Shown in pieces: positions 9,314-20,490 of a stretch of 34,381 nt of DNA. Positions within the stretch are counted from its first letter, which is position 1, and each line of letters begins with the position of its first letter. The notes below the pieces were generated by a model. That model had not been told where the DNA came from and made no database searches. It was given only the letters and a program-made list of their open reading frames with translations. A program made the position numbers and the translations under genes. The DNA lies in assembly GCA_002269645.1 (NCBI GenBank), contig NIVC01003230.1, forward strand, positions 1 to 34,381, written 5' to 3'. This DNA comes from Macrostomum lignano. Lineage: Eukaryota.

Positions 9314-10600
9314 ATGAACGACCCACTGACACCAGTTTTCTACAAAATTAACAAGCCTATTTTGAGTGATGATAGCACAATCAAAGCGACTCAGGTAAGA
9401 GTTCCCAGTCAGGAAAATCAGAATGAAACTAATCTTGGTCCTGGCCAAACACTGACATTTACATACAATGGATGTTCGTCTTTGGTTAGTGTGCACAGTC
9501 TTAAGAGCGGCTTCCATATGACATTTCAATTCAAGACAAAGGGTGGTGCGGATGCGGCTCGTGCTAACGTTGACAAGCATGATGCGGATGTGGCTCTGAT
9601 CAGTAACTTTTGGGCGTACATGTTCAAGGAGTTTAGTGTATCGAATGGGAGCACTGAGTTGGAGCGAATCGCCAACTTTGGAATTGTCTATGACGCTCAT
9701 TGTTTGATCGAGAATCCTGATTTTATTCAATTGGGAAGTGGTGCGGGTTTTATTGCAGACGAAAAAGAAGGAGATATCAATGACAGTGGCTATAAAAAGA
9801 GGAAGAAGAGATACAACTATGCATTGCAAGGTGCAGATGATGCTGCTAAAAACCCGCTGTATCGGTCTGTTGATGTATTTGTACCACTGAGATTCATGAG
9901 TGGATTCTGTAATACATTTAATCGACTGACTAGTAACTTTAGCTACACCTTTAGGATGACTAGAGATGATCGCAGTAGAGTGTTGTGGACTGGGGCGGAT
10001 CACACAAGGATGGAGGTGAAGCTAACCGGAATCGAGCTGTATTTGGAAGTCATTGAGCCAAAGACTGCACTAAAAGCGGATTATCTTAAGGCAATAGAGA
10101 AGGACATTGATGTTGCATACACGGCCTACATGTGTCGAGATGAGCGAAACGAAACTAGAACAAACATCTGCATTAAAGAGGGATCATGCAGCAATCCACG
10201 GTATATTATTATTAACATGAGAAACCCAAATAGCATTATACGCTACATGCATGGAGACGTGCGGTCCATTCAGCATGAAATCAGTGATAATCTTTACCCT
10301 GCACTGCCACAAAATGGAGATTTCAGTCAGAACAAGATTAGCAAATTTTACAGCGAGTTGGTCGACTTGGCTGTGAAAGAGAACAACGGAATTGCTATCA
10401 CTGCTCTTCAATATGGAACTCTATATCCAATGTTTGGCGCTGATGTGTCTGCCAGACAAATGCCTACTGATAACAGCCCTGTGAATATCGTGACTAACAT
10501 TGAGAGGACTGTCGCAACACCCGTGGACCTGTACATTATCTATGCATTTGAGAGGAAGGTGAAGCTTAACATGATCAACAATTCATCCAGTAAAGTTTAA
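9314..10600 (+). CDS. Major capsid protein (double jelly-roll, hexon-like)
   Basis: Intact 428-aa ORF, rich in predicted beta-strands, with an N-terminus like Polinton MCPs (PILSDDSTI...). Size and position next to the penton fit. The fold is inferred. Confidence 0.82.
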   Translation: MNDPLTPVFYKINKPILSDDSTIKATQVRVPSQENQNETNLGPGQTLTFTYNGCSSLVSVHSLKSGFHMTFQFKTKGGADAARANVDKHDADVALISNFWAYMFKEFSVSNGSTELERIANFGIVYDAHCLIENPDFIQLGSGAGFIADEKEGDINDSGYKKRKKRYNYALQGADDAAKNPLYRSVDVFVPLRFMSGFCNTFNRLTSNFSYTFRMTRDDRSRVLWTGADHTRMEVKLTGIELYLEVIEPKTALKADYLKAIEKDIDVAYTAYMCRDERNETRTNICIKEGSCSNPRYIIINMRNPNSIIRYMHGDVRSIQHEISDNLYPALPQNGDFSQNKISKFYSELVDLAVKENNGIAITALQYGTLYPMFGADVSARQMPTDNSPVNIVTNIERTVATPVDLYIIYAFERKVKLNMINNSSSKV

Positions 10601-10625
10601 ATATTTTTTTTTGTGGGTGAAAAAA

Positions 10626-11489
10626 ATGGAAGCTATAGCCGAAAGACTAAACAATATTATTTCGCACTCCAAGGAGAGCATTCCTATTACAATAACTGGG
10701 CGGATTAATGACTCAAACGGGATATTTGTTCAAAAATTAGAGCAGGCGATTAGCCTGGATCCAGGTGCTAATTACCATGTCTATCTTAACGACTTCACTG
10801 GTTGGTCAAACGTTCCCAATGTGATGGCAGCAAATAATAAGTTTTATTACAAATGGAAAGGTGCAGCAGCAGACCCTGTGGTATTCCATGTGAGCACGCA
10901 AAGTGTGGATACCTACAATAACTTTCTAGAAAACGTCTTTACTAAAAGAGGCCATTTCGAGACACCTGATGCGAGTAAGCCAGAGAAGAAACTGTTCCCT
11001 GTCAAACTAACCTATGATCTCACTGTAATGAGAGTGGTCATGCAAGTTCACAAAGATGCGGAGGTTGAGTTTAAAGATGACACTTGGTATAGGGAATTGG
11101 GATTCGTGAAGAAAGTTTATAAGGCAGAATCCACAGCGCGGACTGTCACTCAAGCATCGGGGGCCGTTAGCATGGCCCGGGAAAGTGTACGCGGTTTGTT
11201 CTTAGCACCCAATATAGCAGACATTGTAAAGGGTTTGAATATTCTAATCAGAAGCAATCTCAGTCTTGATTGGGTATTTAAGGGAAAGCGAACGAATATT
11301 TTGTACAACATCTCCAACTCTGTTGCTGGAGGACAGATGGTGGTAGAGAAACCAAATCCAGTGAAAAGAGTTGTATTGAGTAATAAAGAGATTCACGAGA
11401 TTGTGCTACAGTTTGAGACTGAAGATGGGATGGGCGTTGATTTTAATGGGGAAGAGTTTGTATTGACGTTGATCATTGAAAGAATGTAA
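10626..11489 (+). CDS. Minor capsid protein (penton, single jelly-roll)
   Basis: Typical Polinton penton C-terminus LQFETEDGMGVDFNGEEFVLTLII and internal NILIRSNL. The ATG at 10626 in AAAAAAATG context is preferred to the TTG at 10611. Confidence 0.85.
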   Translation: MEAIAERLNNIISHSKESIPITITGRINDSNGIFVQKLEQAISLDPGANYHVYLNDFTGWSNVPNVMAANNKFYYKWKGAAADPVVFHVSTQSVDTYNNFLENVFTKRGHFETPDASKPEKKLFPVKLTYDLTVMRVVMQVHKDAEVEFKDDTWYRELGFVKKVYKAESTARTVTQASGAVSMARESVRGLFLAPNIADIVKGLNILIRSNLSLDWVFKGKRTNILYNISNSVAGGQMVVEKPNPVKRVVLSNKEIHEIVLQFETEDGMGVDFNGEEFVLTLIIERM

Positions 11490-11493
11490 GAAA

Positions 11494-11733
11494 TCACAAT
11501 TGTCTAATGATTTCTACAAAGTTATAGTAGCTGTCGTAATCTTTTACATAGGTTACTCCATACTTATGAAACCAGTGTCTTTGGAGAGCTAGATTAATAT
11601 TAGGGACATTGATATCAACGTCGGGCCAATATTTTCTCATGTACTCGCTGCATTCAAGTTTGCATCGGTACTTACTCTTGTAATTAGGCTCGTGCGCTTT
11701 GTAATAAGAACCTGGAGAGACAACTGGAAACAT
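11494..11733 (-). CDS. Small Tyr/aromatic-rich hypothetical protein (79 aa), last gene before the candidate TIR
   Basis: TAAAAATG start; its stop lies 4 nt from the penton stop, the same packing as other element genes. Confidence 0.55.
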   Translation of the reverse strand: MFPVVSPGSYYKAHEPNYKSKYRCKLECSEYMRKYWPDVDINVPNINLALQRHWFHKYGVTYVKDYDSYYNFVEIIRQL

Positions 11734-11739
11734 TTTTAG

Positions 11740-12274
11740 AGAAAATTTAATTTTTTTTCAAAGGGTAAGGACCCTGGGTTAGGGGGTTTAAAGTTTTAGG
11801 GATCTGGTTTCATGTTGCGAATTGAATGTGGGGAGAAGAATGCAGATTGTTTTCTGATTGTTTCGAAGATGCTATGGGTGGATGTCAGTGGATTATGTCA
11901 GTGTCAGTGAGCATAACAGGTGTCAGTGGACCCATATTCCCATATTCTGTCAGTCATAATATGGATGGATTTAATGGGATTAAAGTTTTCGGATCAAGTG
12001 CAACCCCTCCCCTTTTTCAAGATTCTGTCGGGATAATATAGATAGATTTAATGGGATTATGGAGGACGTTTTGTGAGCGAGTGCGACCCCCCTTTTTTTC
12101 TGATTCTGTCAGGGATAATATGGATGGATTTAATGGGATTATGGAGGAGGTTTTTGGAGCAGGTGCGACCCCCCTTTTTTTCTGATTCTGTCAGGGATAA
12201 TATGGATGGATTTAATGGGATTATGGAGGAGGTGAAAAATTTTGTCCCAGAAGCCCCCTCATGACATCTACTCT
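11740..12274. repeat. Candidate right terminal inverted repeat containing about 3.5 x 80-bp direct repeats
   Basis: Non-coding. Units start ATTCTGTC at 11944, 12022, 12103 and 12185. The minus strand begins (AG)AGTAGATGTCATGAGGGGG. The partner TIR is not in the window. Confidence 0.55.
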
Positions 12275-12422
12275 TTTGTTTTACTGTGTGTTTTCCTGCT
12301 ATTTAAAATCTTCTTAATTTATTTTCGAGCTGCAGTAACAAATCAGTGTAAATATGAGCAGATGAGCTGATTTCTATTGGTTATCCAGTTGGCAGGACTG
12401 AATGCCACGCTTCACAGCTGCG

Positions 12423-12859
12423 TCAGTTCGCTTCATCACCCCCATCGGTATTCACTGTTGCACAGGAAATTTTCAATTTTTGCTTCAACGCAGCAATCGC
12501 TTTTCTTTGTTTCTCTCTCTCCAAATTGTTCCGTTTTGCTTTGCTTTGCCTGTGTTTTTCTGCTTGCTTTTTTGTTGATGCTTTTTTTGCTTTTTGTTGA
12601 TCGCTTTGAACTTGAAGCGGCAACGCTGCGAGAGACACGAGAGAGTCGAATCTAGTCATGACAGAGGGCCGCGACCGCAGGACTCGCTCCGCTGTCAATT
12701 TCTTTGCTCCAGCGATCGGTCCTGCGGCCTTGTGGCTCTCCGACCTGTAAATAGATACCGTACTACTGTTTTGCTTGTAGTAACAGTACACTGTGTACTT
12801 GTATTGTACCATGTAATTGAACTCGTTTTCAATATGATTTTCTTCATAATTAGTGGCGC
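12423..12859 (-). CDS. Last two exons (12859-12810, 12744-12423) of a putative spliced host gene with a basic Lys-rich C-terminus
   Basis: The acceptors TTCCTATAAG| and TTTACAG| and a phase-matched 65-nt GT-AG intron give APLIMKKIILKTSSITW-SESHKAAG...GDEAN*. AATAAA lies on the minus strand at 12323-12318. Confidence 0.4.
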
Positions 12860-13905
12860 CTTATAGGAAGTGCACGATGTACTATTTGTTGTTAAGTCTA
12901 GCATCAAGATATCTGTTTCATAAGATTGATTATATTCGTATAGATTATCAGCTTTGTTGAATGCTTTTGTTTATTTATTTCGTTTCAAAATGCTGCTTTT
13001 GATCGTTTCCTTAAACGGCACAATTTTTGGAGTCAATGGTCTCAAATTGTATAGAAAATTTGCTTACATATGCTTTGTTTAATACTTACAGTAGCGTAAA
13101 CGTTTTATTTAACTGTTTCGTCAGACGCACTGTTGTAACGTGACTTCAATTTTAAGCTGAAAAATCAATAAATGAATAAACCCAGTGTTTTATTTAGAAT
13201 CTATCCCACATAGTTAATCCTTTCCCAGTTTCACATCCCATACATCTGTTTTTGATTCAAATACAAGTGTTCACTAGCTATTAAACATATACTTATGATT
13301 GTCGATTGATTTATGCTTCAAAATTATGTACTGGTCTACTTTTGTTGATTACTTCTAAACGATACAGCCTACTTTCCATGCTTGAGTAGTAGAGAAGTGG
13401 ATCGTTCTTAAATTTACCTACAAATATTGTAGTAAAATCGACCTCTGGTTTTCTTTCTTAAACAAGCAAGACTCAAACGGGCGCAGCGGGGGTATAAGAG
13501 GCCTGTCGCTTTGAAAAGTAGCCAAGCTAGCAAAGTTTGTTATCGCAAATGCACAGAGTAGAAACTTTTCTTGAGCTTGCAGCGCGGGGAACCGTTTCAC
13601 CTTGTTGGCCAATGCCGACTTGGAGACGGGGGGAGAGGAGAGGCGGAGGGGTATGCCAGACATGCAGGCTCAAGAAGCTCAAGGGCAGAGAGCCGCCGGG
13701 AGGCTTCCGCAGCTACTGTACGAAAACTTTTCTTTCTGCCCTAAGAATTTCTTCAACTCTTTCATCTGTGCACCTGCTGGCTACTAGAAGAAGCAGAAAA
13801 TTGCGCTCAGGAAACGGGCGGCTTGGCGAGATCAAATCTCACCTGGAAAAGCAGAAGTTAACACGCAGCCAGCTCAGTGAAAGTAATTGTGATTTTCTGC
13901 AACAG

Positions 13906-16900
13906 CGATCCGAATGGAAGACGACGGCGAGGAGCCTCTGAGCGACGGCTCCAGCGATGACAGAGGCTCGGAGCGGGAGGGGGAGCTGCCACAGAATGGC
14001 TTGCGGACTAATGAGGCAGACAGGTGCGCCATTCTGTACGATAAGCAGAACCAGGTGAGTGACATTGACTATAAGTAGAAATTATGGATTGCTAATCTAG
14101 CTAACAGGCAGAGGAACAGACTGGATTGCTAATCTAGCTAACAGGCAGAGGAATAGAGTGGATTGCTAATCTAGCTAACAGGCAGAGGAATAAATGGATT
14201 GCTAATCTAGCTAACAGGCAGAGGAATAAATGAATTGCTAATCTAGCTAACAGGCAGAGGAATAAATGGATTGCTAATCTAGCTAACAGGCAGAGGAATA
14301 AATGGATTGCTAATCTAGCTAACAGGCAGAGGAACAGACTGGATTGCTTATCTAGCTAACATCTAGCTAACAGGCAGAGGAATAAATGGATTGCTAATCT
14401 AGCTAACAGGCAGAGGAACAGACTGGATTGCTTATCTAGCTAACATCCAGCTAACAGGCAGAGGAACAGAATGGATTGCTAATCTAGCTAACATCTAGCT
14501 AACAGGCAGAGGAACAGAATGGATTGCTAATCTAGCTAACAGGCAGATAACAGAGTGGATTGCTAATTTAGCCAGCAGGCAGAGGAGAACAGAATGGATT
14601 GCTAATCTAGCTAACAGGCAGAGGAATAAATGGATTGCTAATCTAGCTAACAGGCAGAGGAATAAATGGATTGCTAATCTAGCTAACAGGCAGAGGAACA
14701 GACTGGATTGCTAATCTAGTCAGCAGGCAGAGGAACAGAGTGGATTGCTAATCTAGTCAGCAGGCAGAGGAGAACAGAGTGGATTGCTAATCTAGCTAAC
14801 AGGCAAAGGAGAACAGAGTGGATTGCTAATCTAGCCAGCAGGCAGAGGAGAACAGAGTGGATTGCTAATCTAGCTAACAGGCAAAGGAGAACAGAGTGGA
14901 TTGCTAATCTAGCCAGCAGGCAGAGGAGAACAGAGTGGATTGCTAATCTAGCTAACAGGCAGAGGAATAGAGTGGATTGCTAATCTAGCTAACAGGCAAA
15001 GGAGAACAGAGTGGATTGCTAATCTAGCTAACAGGCAGATAACAGAGTGGATTGCTAATCTAGCTAACAGGCAAAGGAGAACAGAGTGGATTGCTAATCT
15101 AGCCAGCAGGCAGAGGAGAACAGAGTGGATTGCTAATCTAGCTAACAGGCAAAGGAGAACAGAGTGGATTGCTAATCTAGCCAGCAGGCAAAGGAGAACA
15201 GAGTGGATTGCTAATCTAGCTAACAGGCAAAGGAGAACAGAGTGGATTGCTAATCTAGCTAACAGGCAAAGGAGAACAGAGTGGATTGCTAATCTAGCCA
15301 GCAGGCAGAGGAGAACAGAGTGGATTGCTAATCTAGCTAACAGGCAAAGGAGAACAGAGTGGATTGCTAATCTAGCTAACAGGCAGATAACAGAGTGGAT
15401 TGCTAATCTAGCTAACAGGCATAGGAGAACAGAGTGGATTGCTAATCTAGCTAACAGGCAAAGGAGAACAGAGTGGATTGCTAATCTAGCTAACAGGCAG
15501 AGGAATAGAGTGGATTGCTAATCTAGCTAACAGGCAAAGGAGAACAGAGTGGATTGCTAATCTAGCTAACAGGCAAAGGAGAACAGAGTGGATTGCTAAT
15601 CTAGCTAACAGGCAGATAACAGAGTGGATTGCTAATCTAGCTAACAGGCAAAGGAGAACAGAGTGGATTGCTAATCTAGTCAGCAGGCAGAGGAACAGAG
15701 TGGATTGCTAATCTAGTCAGCAGGCAGAGGAACAGAGTGGATTGCTAATCTAGTCAGCAGGCAGAGGAACAGAGTGGATTGCTAATCTAGTCAGCAGGCA
15801 GAGAACAGAGTGGATTGCTAATCTAACTAACAGGCAAAGGAGAACAGAGTGGATTGCTAATCTAGCCAGCAGACAGAGGAGAACAGAGTGGATTGCTAAT
15901 CTAGCTAACAGGCAAAGGAGAACAGAGTGGATTGCTAATCTAGCCAGCAGGCAGAGGAGAACAGAGTGGATTGCTAATCTAGCTAACAGGCAGATAACAG
16001 AGTGGATTGCTAATCTAGCTAACAGGCAAAGGAGAACAGAGTGGATTGCTAATCTAGTCAGCAGGCAGAGGAACAGAGTGGATTGCTAATCTAGTCAGCA
16101 GGCAGAGGAACAGAGTGGATTGCTAATCTAGTCAGCAGGCAGAGGAACAGAGTGGATTGCTAATCTAGTCAGCAGGCAGAGAACAGAGTGGATTGCTAAT
16201 CCAGCTAACAGGCAAAGGAGAACAGAGTGGATTGCTAATCTAGCCAGCAGGCAGAGGAGAGCAGAGTGGATTGCTAATCTAGCTAACAGGCAAAGGAGAA
16301 CAGAGTGGATTGCTAATCTAGCCAGCAGGCAGAGAAGAACAGAGTGGATTGCTAATCTAGCCAGCAGGCAGAGATAAACAGAGTGGATTGCTAATCTAGC
16401 CAGCAGGCAGAGAAGAACAGAATGGATTGCTAATCTAGCCAACAGGCAAAGGAGAACAGAGTGGATTGCTAATCTAGCCAGCAGGCAGAGAAGAACAGAG
16501 TGGATTGCCAATCTAGCCAGCAGGCAGAGAAGAACAGAGTGGATTGCTAATCTAGCTTACAGGCAGAGGAATAGAGTGGATTGCTAATCTAGCTAACAGG
16601 CAAAGGAGAACAGAGTGGATTGCTAATCTAGCTAACAGGCAGATAACAGAGTGGATTGCTAATCTAGCTAACAGGCAAAGGAGAACAGAGTAGATTGCTA
16701 ATCTAGCCAGCAGGCAGAGAAGAACAGAGTGGATTGCTAATCTAGCTAACAGGCAAAGGAGAACAGAGTGGATTGCTAATCTAGCTAACAGGCAGAGGAA
16801 CAGAGTGGATTGCTAATCTAGCCAGCAGGCAGAGGAGAACAGAGTGGATTGCTAATCTAGCTAACAGGCAAAGGAGAACAGAGTGGATTGCTAATCTAGC

Positions 16901-19268
16901 TAACAGGCAGATAACAGAGTGGATTGCTAATCTAGCTAACAGGCAAAGGAGAACAGAGTGGATTGCTAATCTAGCCAGCAGGCAGAGGAGAGCAGAGTAG
17001 ATTGCTAATCTAGCTAACAGGCAAAGGAGAACAGAGTGGATTGCTAATCTAGCCAGCAGGCAGAGGAGAACAGAGTGGATTGCTAATCTAGCTAACAGGC
17101 AAAGGAGAACAGAGTGGATTGCTAATCTAGCTAACAGGCAGATAACAGAGTGGATTGCTAATCTAGCTAACAGGCAAAGGAGAACAGAGTGGGTTGCTAA
17201 TCTAGCTAACAGGCAAAGGAGAACAGAGTGGATTGCTAATCTAGCTAACAGGCAAAGGAGAACAGAGTGGATTGCTAATCTAGCTAACAGGCAGAGGAAT
17301 AGAGTGGATTGCTAATCTAGCTAACAGGCAGAGGAGAACAGAGTGGATTGCTAATCTAGCTAACAGGCAGATAACAGAGTGGATTGCTAATTTAGCCAGC
17401 AGGCAGAGGAGAACAGAATGGATTGCTAATCTAGCTAACAGGCAAAGGAGAACAGAGTGGATTGCTAATCTAGCTAACAGGCAGATAACAGAGTGGATTG
17501 CTAATTTAGCCAGCAGGCAGAGGAGAACAGAATGGATTGCTAATCTAGCCAACAGGCAAAGGAGAACAGAGTGGATTGCTAATCTAGCCAGCAGGCAGAG
17601 AAGAACAGAATGGATTGCTAATCTAGCTAACAGGCAAAGGAGAACAGAGTAGATTGCTAATCTAGCCAGCAGGCAGAGAAGAACAGAGTGGATTGCTAAT
17701 CTAGCCAACAGGCAGAGAAGAACAGAGTGGATTGCTAATCTAGCCAGCAGGCAGAGGAGAACAGAGTGGATTGCTAATCTAGCTAACAGGCAAAGGAGAA
17801 CAGAGTGGATTGCTAATCTAGCCAGCAGGCAGAGGAGAACAGAGTGGATTGCTAATCTAGCTAACAGGCAAAGGAGAACAGAGTGGATTGCTAATCTAGC
17901 TAACAGGCAAAGGAGAACAGAGTGGATTGCTAATCTAGCTAACAGGCAGAGGAACAGAGTGGATTGCTAATCTAGCTAACAGGCAAAGGAGAACAGAGTG
18001 GATTGCTAATCTAGCCAGCAGGCAGAGGAGAACAGAGTGGATTGCTAATCTAGCTAACAGGCAAAGGAGAACAGAGTGGATTACTAATCTAGCTAACAGG
18101 CAGATAACAGAGTGGATTGCTAATCTAGCTAACAGGCAAAGGAGAACAGAGTGGATTGCTAATCTAGCTAACAGGCAAAGGAGAACAGAGTGGATTGCTA
18201 ATCTAGCCAGCAGGCAGAGGAAAACAGAGTGGATTGCTAATCTAGCTAACAGGCAGAGGAATAGAGTGGATTGCTAATCTAGCTAACAGGCAAAGGAGAA
18301 CAGAGTGGATTGCTAATCTAGCTAACAGGCAAAGGAGAACAGAGTGGATTGCTAATCTAGTCAGCAGGCAGAGGAACAGAGTGGATTGCTAATCTAGTCA
18401 GCAGGCAGAGAACAGAGTGGATTGCTAATCTAGCTAACAGGCAAAGGAGAACAGAGTGGATTGCTAATCTAGCCAGCAGGCAGAGGAGAGCAGAGTGGAT
18501 TGCTAATCTAGCTAACAGGCAAAGGAGAACAGAGTGGATTGCTAATCTAGCCAGCAGGCAGAGGAGAACAGAGTGGATTGCTAATCTAGCTAACAGGCAA
18601 AGGAGAACAGAGTGGATTGCTAATCTAGCCAGCAGGCAGAGGAGAACAGAGTGGATTGCTAATCTAGCTAACAGGCAAAGGAGAACAGAGTGGATTGCTA
18701 ATCTAGCTAACAGGCAAAGGAGAACAGAGTGGATTGCTAATCTAGTCAGCAGGCAGAGGAGAACAGGCAACGCCAGACACACCCTGCGCTACGCATGCTC
18801 CTACCATAGCGCATTCTCGAAGGCAAGCTGGACCCTCGCGGCCAACCGGGCGACCGCCTCGCCAGCCTCTGCCTGAGCAGGCCGGCTTTTGTAGTCCGGT
18901 CCCTCCGAGAAGTCCTGGAGCCCGGCGAGCTCAGCACGGCCTGGCGCAGCTCCAAGGGCAAGGAGGCCTCCTTCAGCTGCTACAACAGAAACGTGCTGGT
19001 CGGCGTCAAGCGGCTGCAGCTCGGCGGGGTGACGGCCCGCAGCGAGGACGTTCGGCTGTATTCGGTTGGCGAGGACCCGGGCTCCCTGACAGAGCGCGAT
19101 AGCCCGGCGGGCTACCATGAGGCCTATTTCACCCGGGCCGACTTCGAGGACGATGAGGAGCAGCACGAGCTGGCCAGGGCCGCGGTGGCGATGGCAGCGA
19201 AGGAGGCGACGTCCATGCGAGGTCAGCGGCAGCCGTCGAGTTCCGTTATCACGGCGAAGCGGACTTGA
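13906..19268 (+). CDS. Spliced host gene of unknown function: exon 13906-14054 (ATG 13914), 4755-nt intron, exon 18810-19268
   Basis: Acceptor TTTTCTGCAACAG|, donor CAG|GTGAGT and acceptor CTCCTACCATAG| join in phase 0: MEDDGEEPLSD...LYDKQNQ|RILEGKLDPRGQPGDRLASL...VITAKRT*. Codons are GC3-rich. Confidence 0.65.
14085..18766. repeat. About 4.7-kb minisatellite with a 36-39-bp unit (intronic)
   Basis: Consensus TGGATTGCTAATCTAGCTAACAGGCAAAGGAGAACAGAG, with variants clustered in blocks. Confidence 0.98.
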
Positions 19269-20069
19269 CAATCCAACCGCTCTACTTTTAGTAGAGGGTC
19301 GAAAGCATTTTCTAAGCGCATTATTGTATTAACATGAAAATTTCTAATCATTTCGGCTGCGACTAGAGGCTCTACTCTAAGTAGCATCTTGTGCTCATGT
19401 GTTTATAGTATGAAAAATTGCAATTGCTAAGGCAAATCTGCATTCATTGTTGTTTCTATTTATTTTCATAGCACTCTTTTAAACACCTTTGCGATTCGCT
19501 GCGTTCAGACTAAAAGCGGGAAATTTTTTCTCCGCCTGTGCTGAGCTGATCAATAATTAATTCGGTTATTGATGGCGTCTGAGTGGAGACTGTGCTGACG
19601 AATGCAATGCAGGATGCTGGGCTCAGGCCCTATCACAGCCTCCATCCGTGATCGAAATCAATCAGCTCTAATCAAAGAAAGATGGAGAGAGCGGGCGGGA
19701 TATGGCGGGCCACGCAGCTGCAACTTGGGGGGGGATAACGGCCGGCCTCAATATGGGATTCAGAAAAGAAGGGCCGGCCCCGCGAGCACATCGAGGGAAG
19801 TGGGTGTAGAGACACGCGGGAACAGCGGATTCGGGATAATTATCCTCAGCGTATCGATTCGACAGGCATCGATCCTCTGCTGTCCCCTCCCTGAGCTCTG
19901 CTCTGCATGGCGACTGGACCGGCCGATAATGACGGCGAGGCCTCTGGCATCATCAAAGGTGCTCTCTCTCTCTCTGCCCCTCCATCTCAGCTGCTTTGAT
20001 CAGCTGTCTCCCTAAAATGAGGCTGTTCCTATGTATATTCTTGTAAATCTATCGTACCGACCATGCTCA

Positions 20070-20490
20070 TTACGATACAATACATATCGGTAGTTACAAT
20101 CAAGTTTTAAACTATTTGGCTCTCCAAATCTCTACCCTATTCTCTCTGTTTAGTGATGTTTAATAAGATACATATCGGTAGTTATAATCGAGTTTTGGAC
20201 CATTTCCCTTTCACAATCTCTACCCCATTTTCTCTTTAGTGTTGTTTATTACGATACATATCGGTAGTTACAATAGAGTTTTGGACTATTTGGCTCTCTT
20301 AATCTCTACCCGATTCTCACTTCAGTGATGTTGATTACGATACATATCGGTAGATACAATAGAGTTTAGGACTATTTGGCTCTCCTAATCTCTACCCGAT
20401 TCTCTCTCTCTTGTGATGTTTTTACGATACATATCGGTAGTTATAATCAATTCTTAGACCGTTCCCTTTCCTAATCTCTCCCCGAGTCTT
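20070..20490. repeat. Diverged tandem repeat, about 5 x 86-88 bp
   Basis: Recurrent ATACATATCGGTAG(T/A)TA(C/T)AAT...ATCTCT(A/C)CCC... Confidence 0.9.

Larger units (their letters stand above)
1..12274. mobile_element. Endogenous Polinton/Maverick-like virus (adintovirus type), right-hand portion; left end and integrase not in window
   Basis: Densely packed, intronless, AT-rich genes encoding pPolB, adenain, A32-like ATPase, predicted major and minor capsid proteins and a pX-like core protein. A non-coding repeat-rich stretch (11740-12274) ends in a Polinton-like ...CT terminus. The right boundary is inferred. Confidence 0.93.

Noticed and set aside
9287-10003. 238-aa minus-strand ORF
   Set aside because: Antisense shadow of the major capsid gene, with no motifs and no A-rich start.
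13385-13392. AGTAGTAG as the Polinton terminus
   Set aside because: Wrong orientation for a right end (ACTACT is needed on the + strand), and no TIR-like sequence follows.
16128-18782. ORFs with LLARLAIHSV repeats
   Set aside because: Translations of runs of 39-bp satellite units.
19280-19296. Hairpin CTCTACT-TTT-AGTAGAG after the host stop codon, resembling the viral terminal AGTAGA
   Set aside because: A 7-bp stem is expected by chance, and there is no further similarity to the TIR.
20070-20490. CRISPR-like repeat/spacer pattern
   Set aside because: The apparent spacers are homologous to each other, so this is a diverged tandem repeat.
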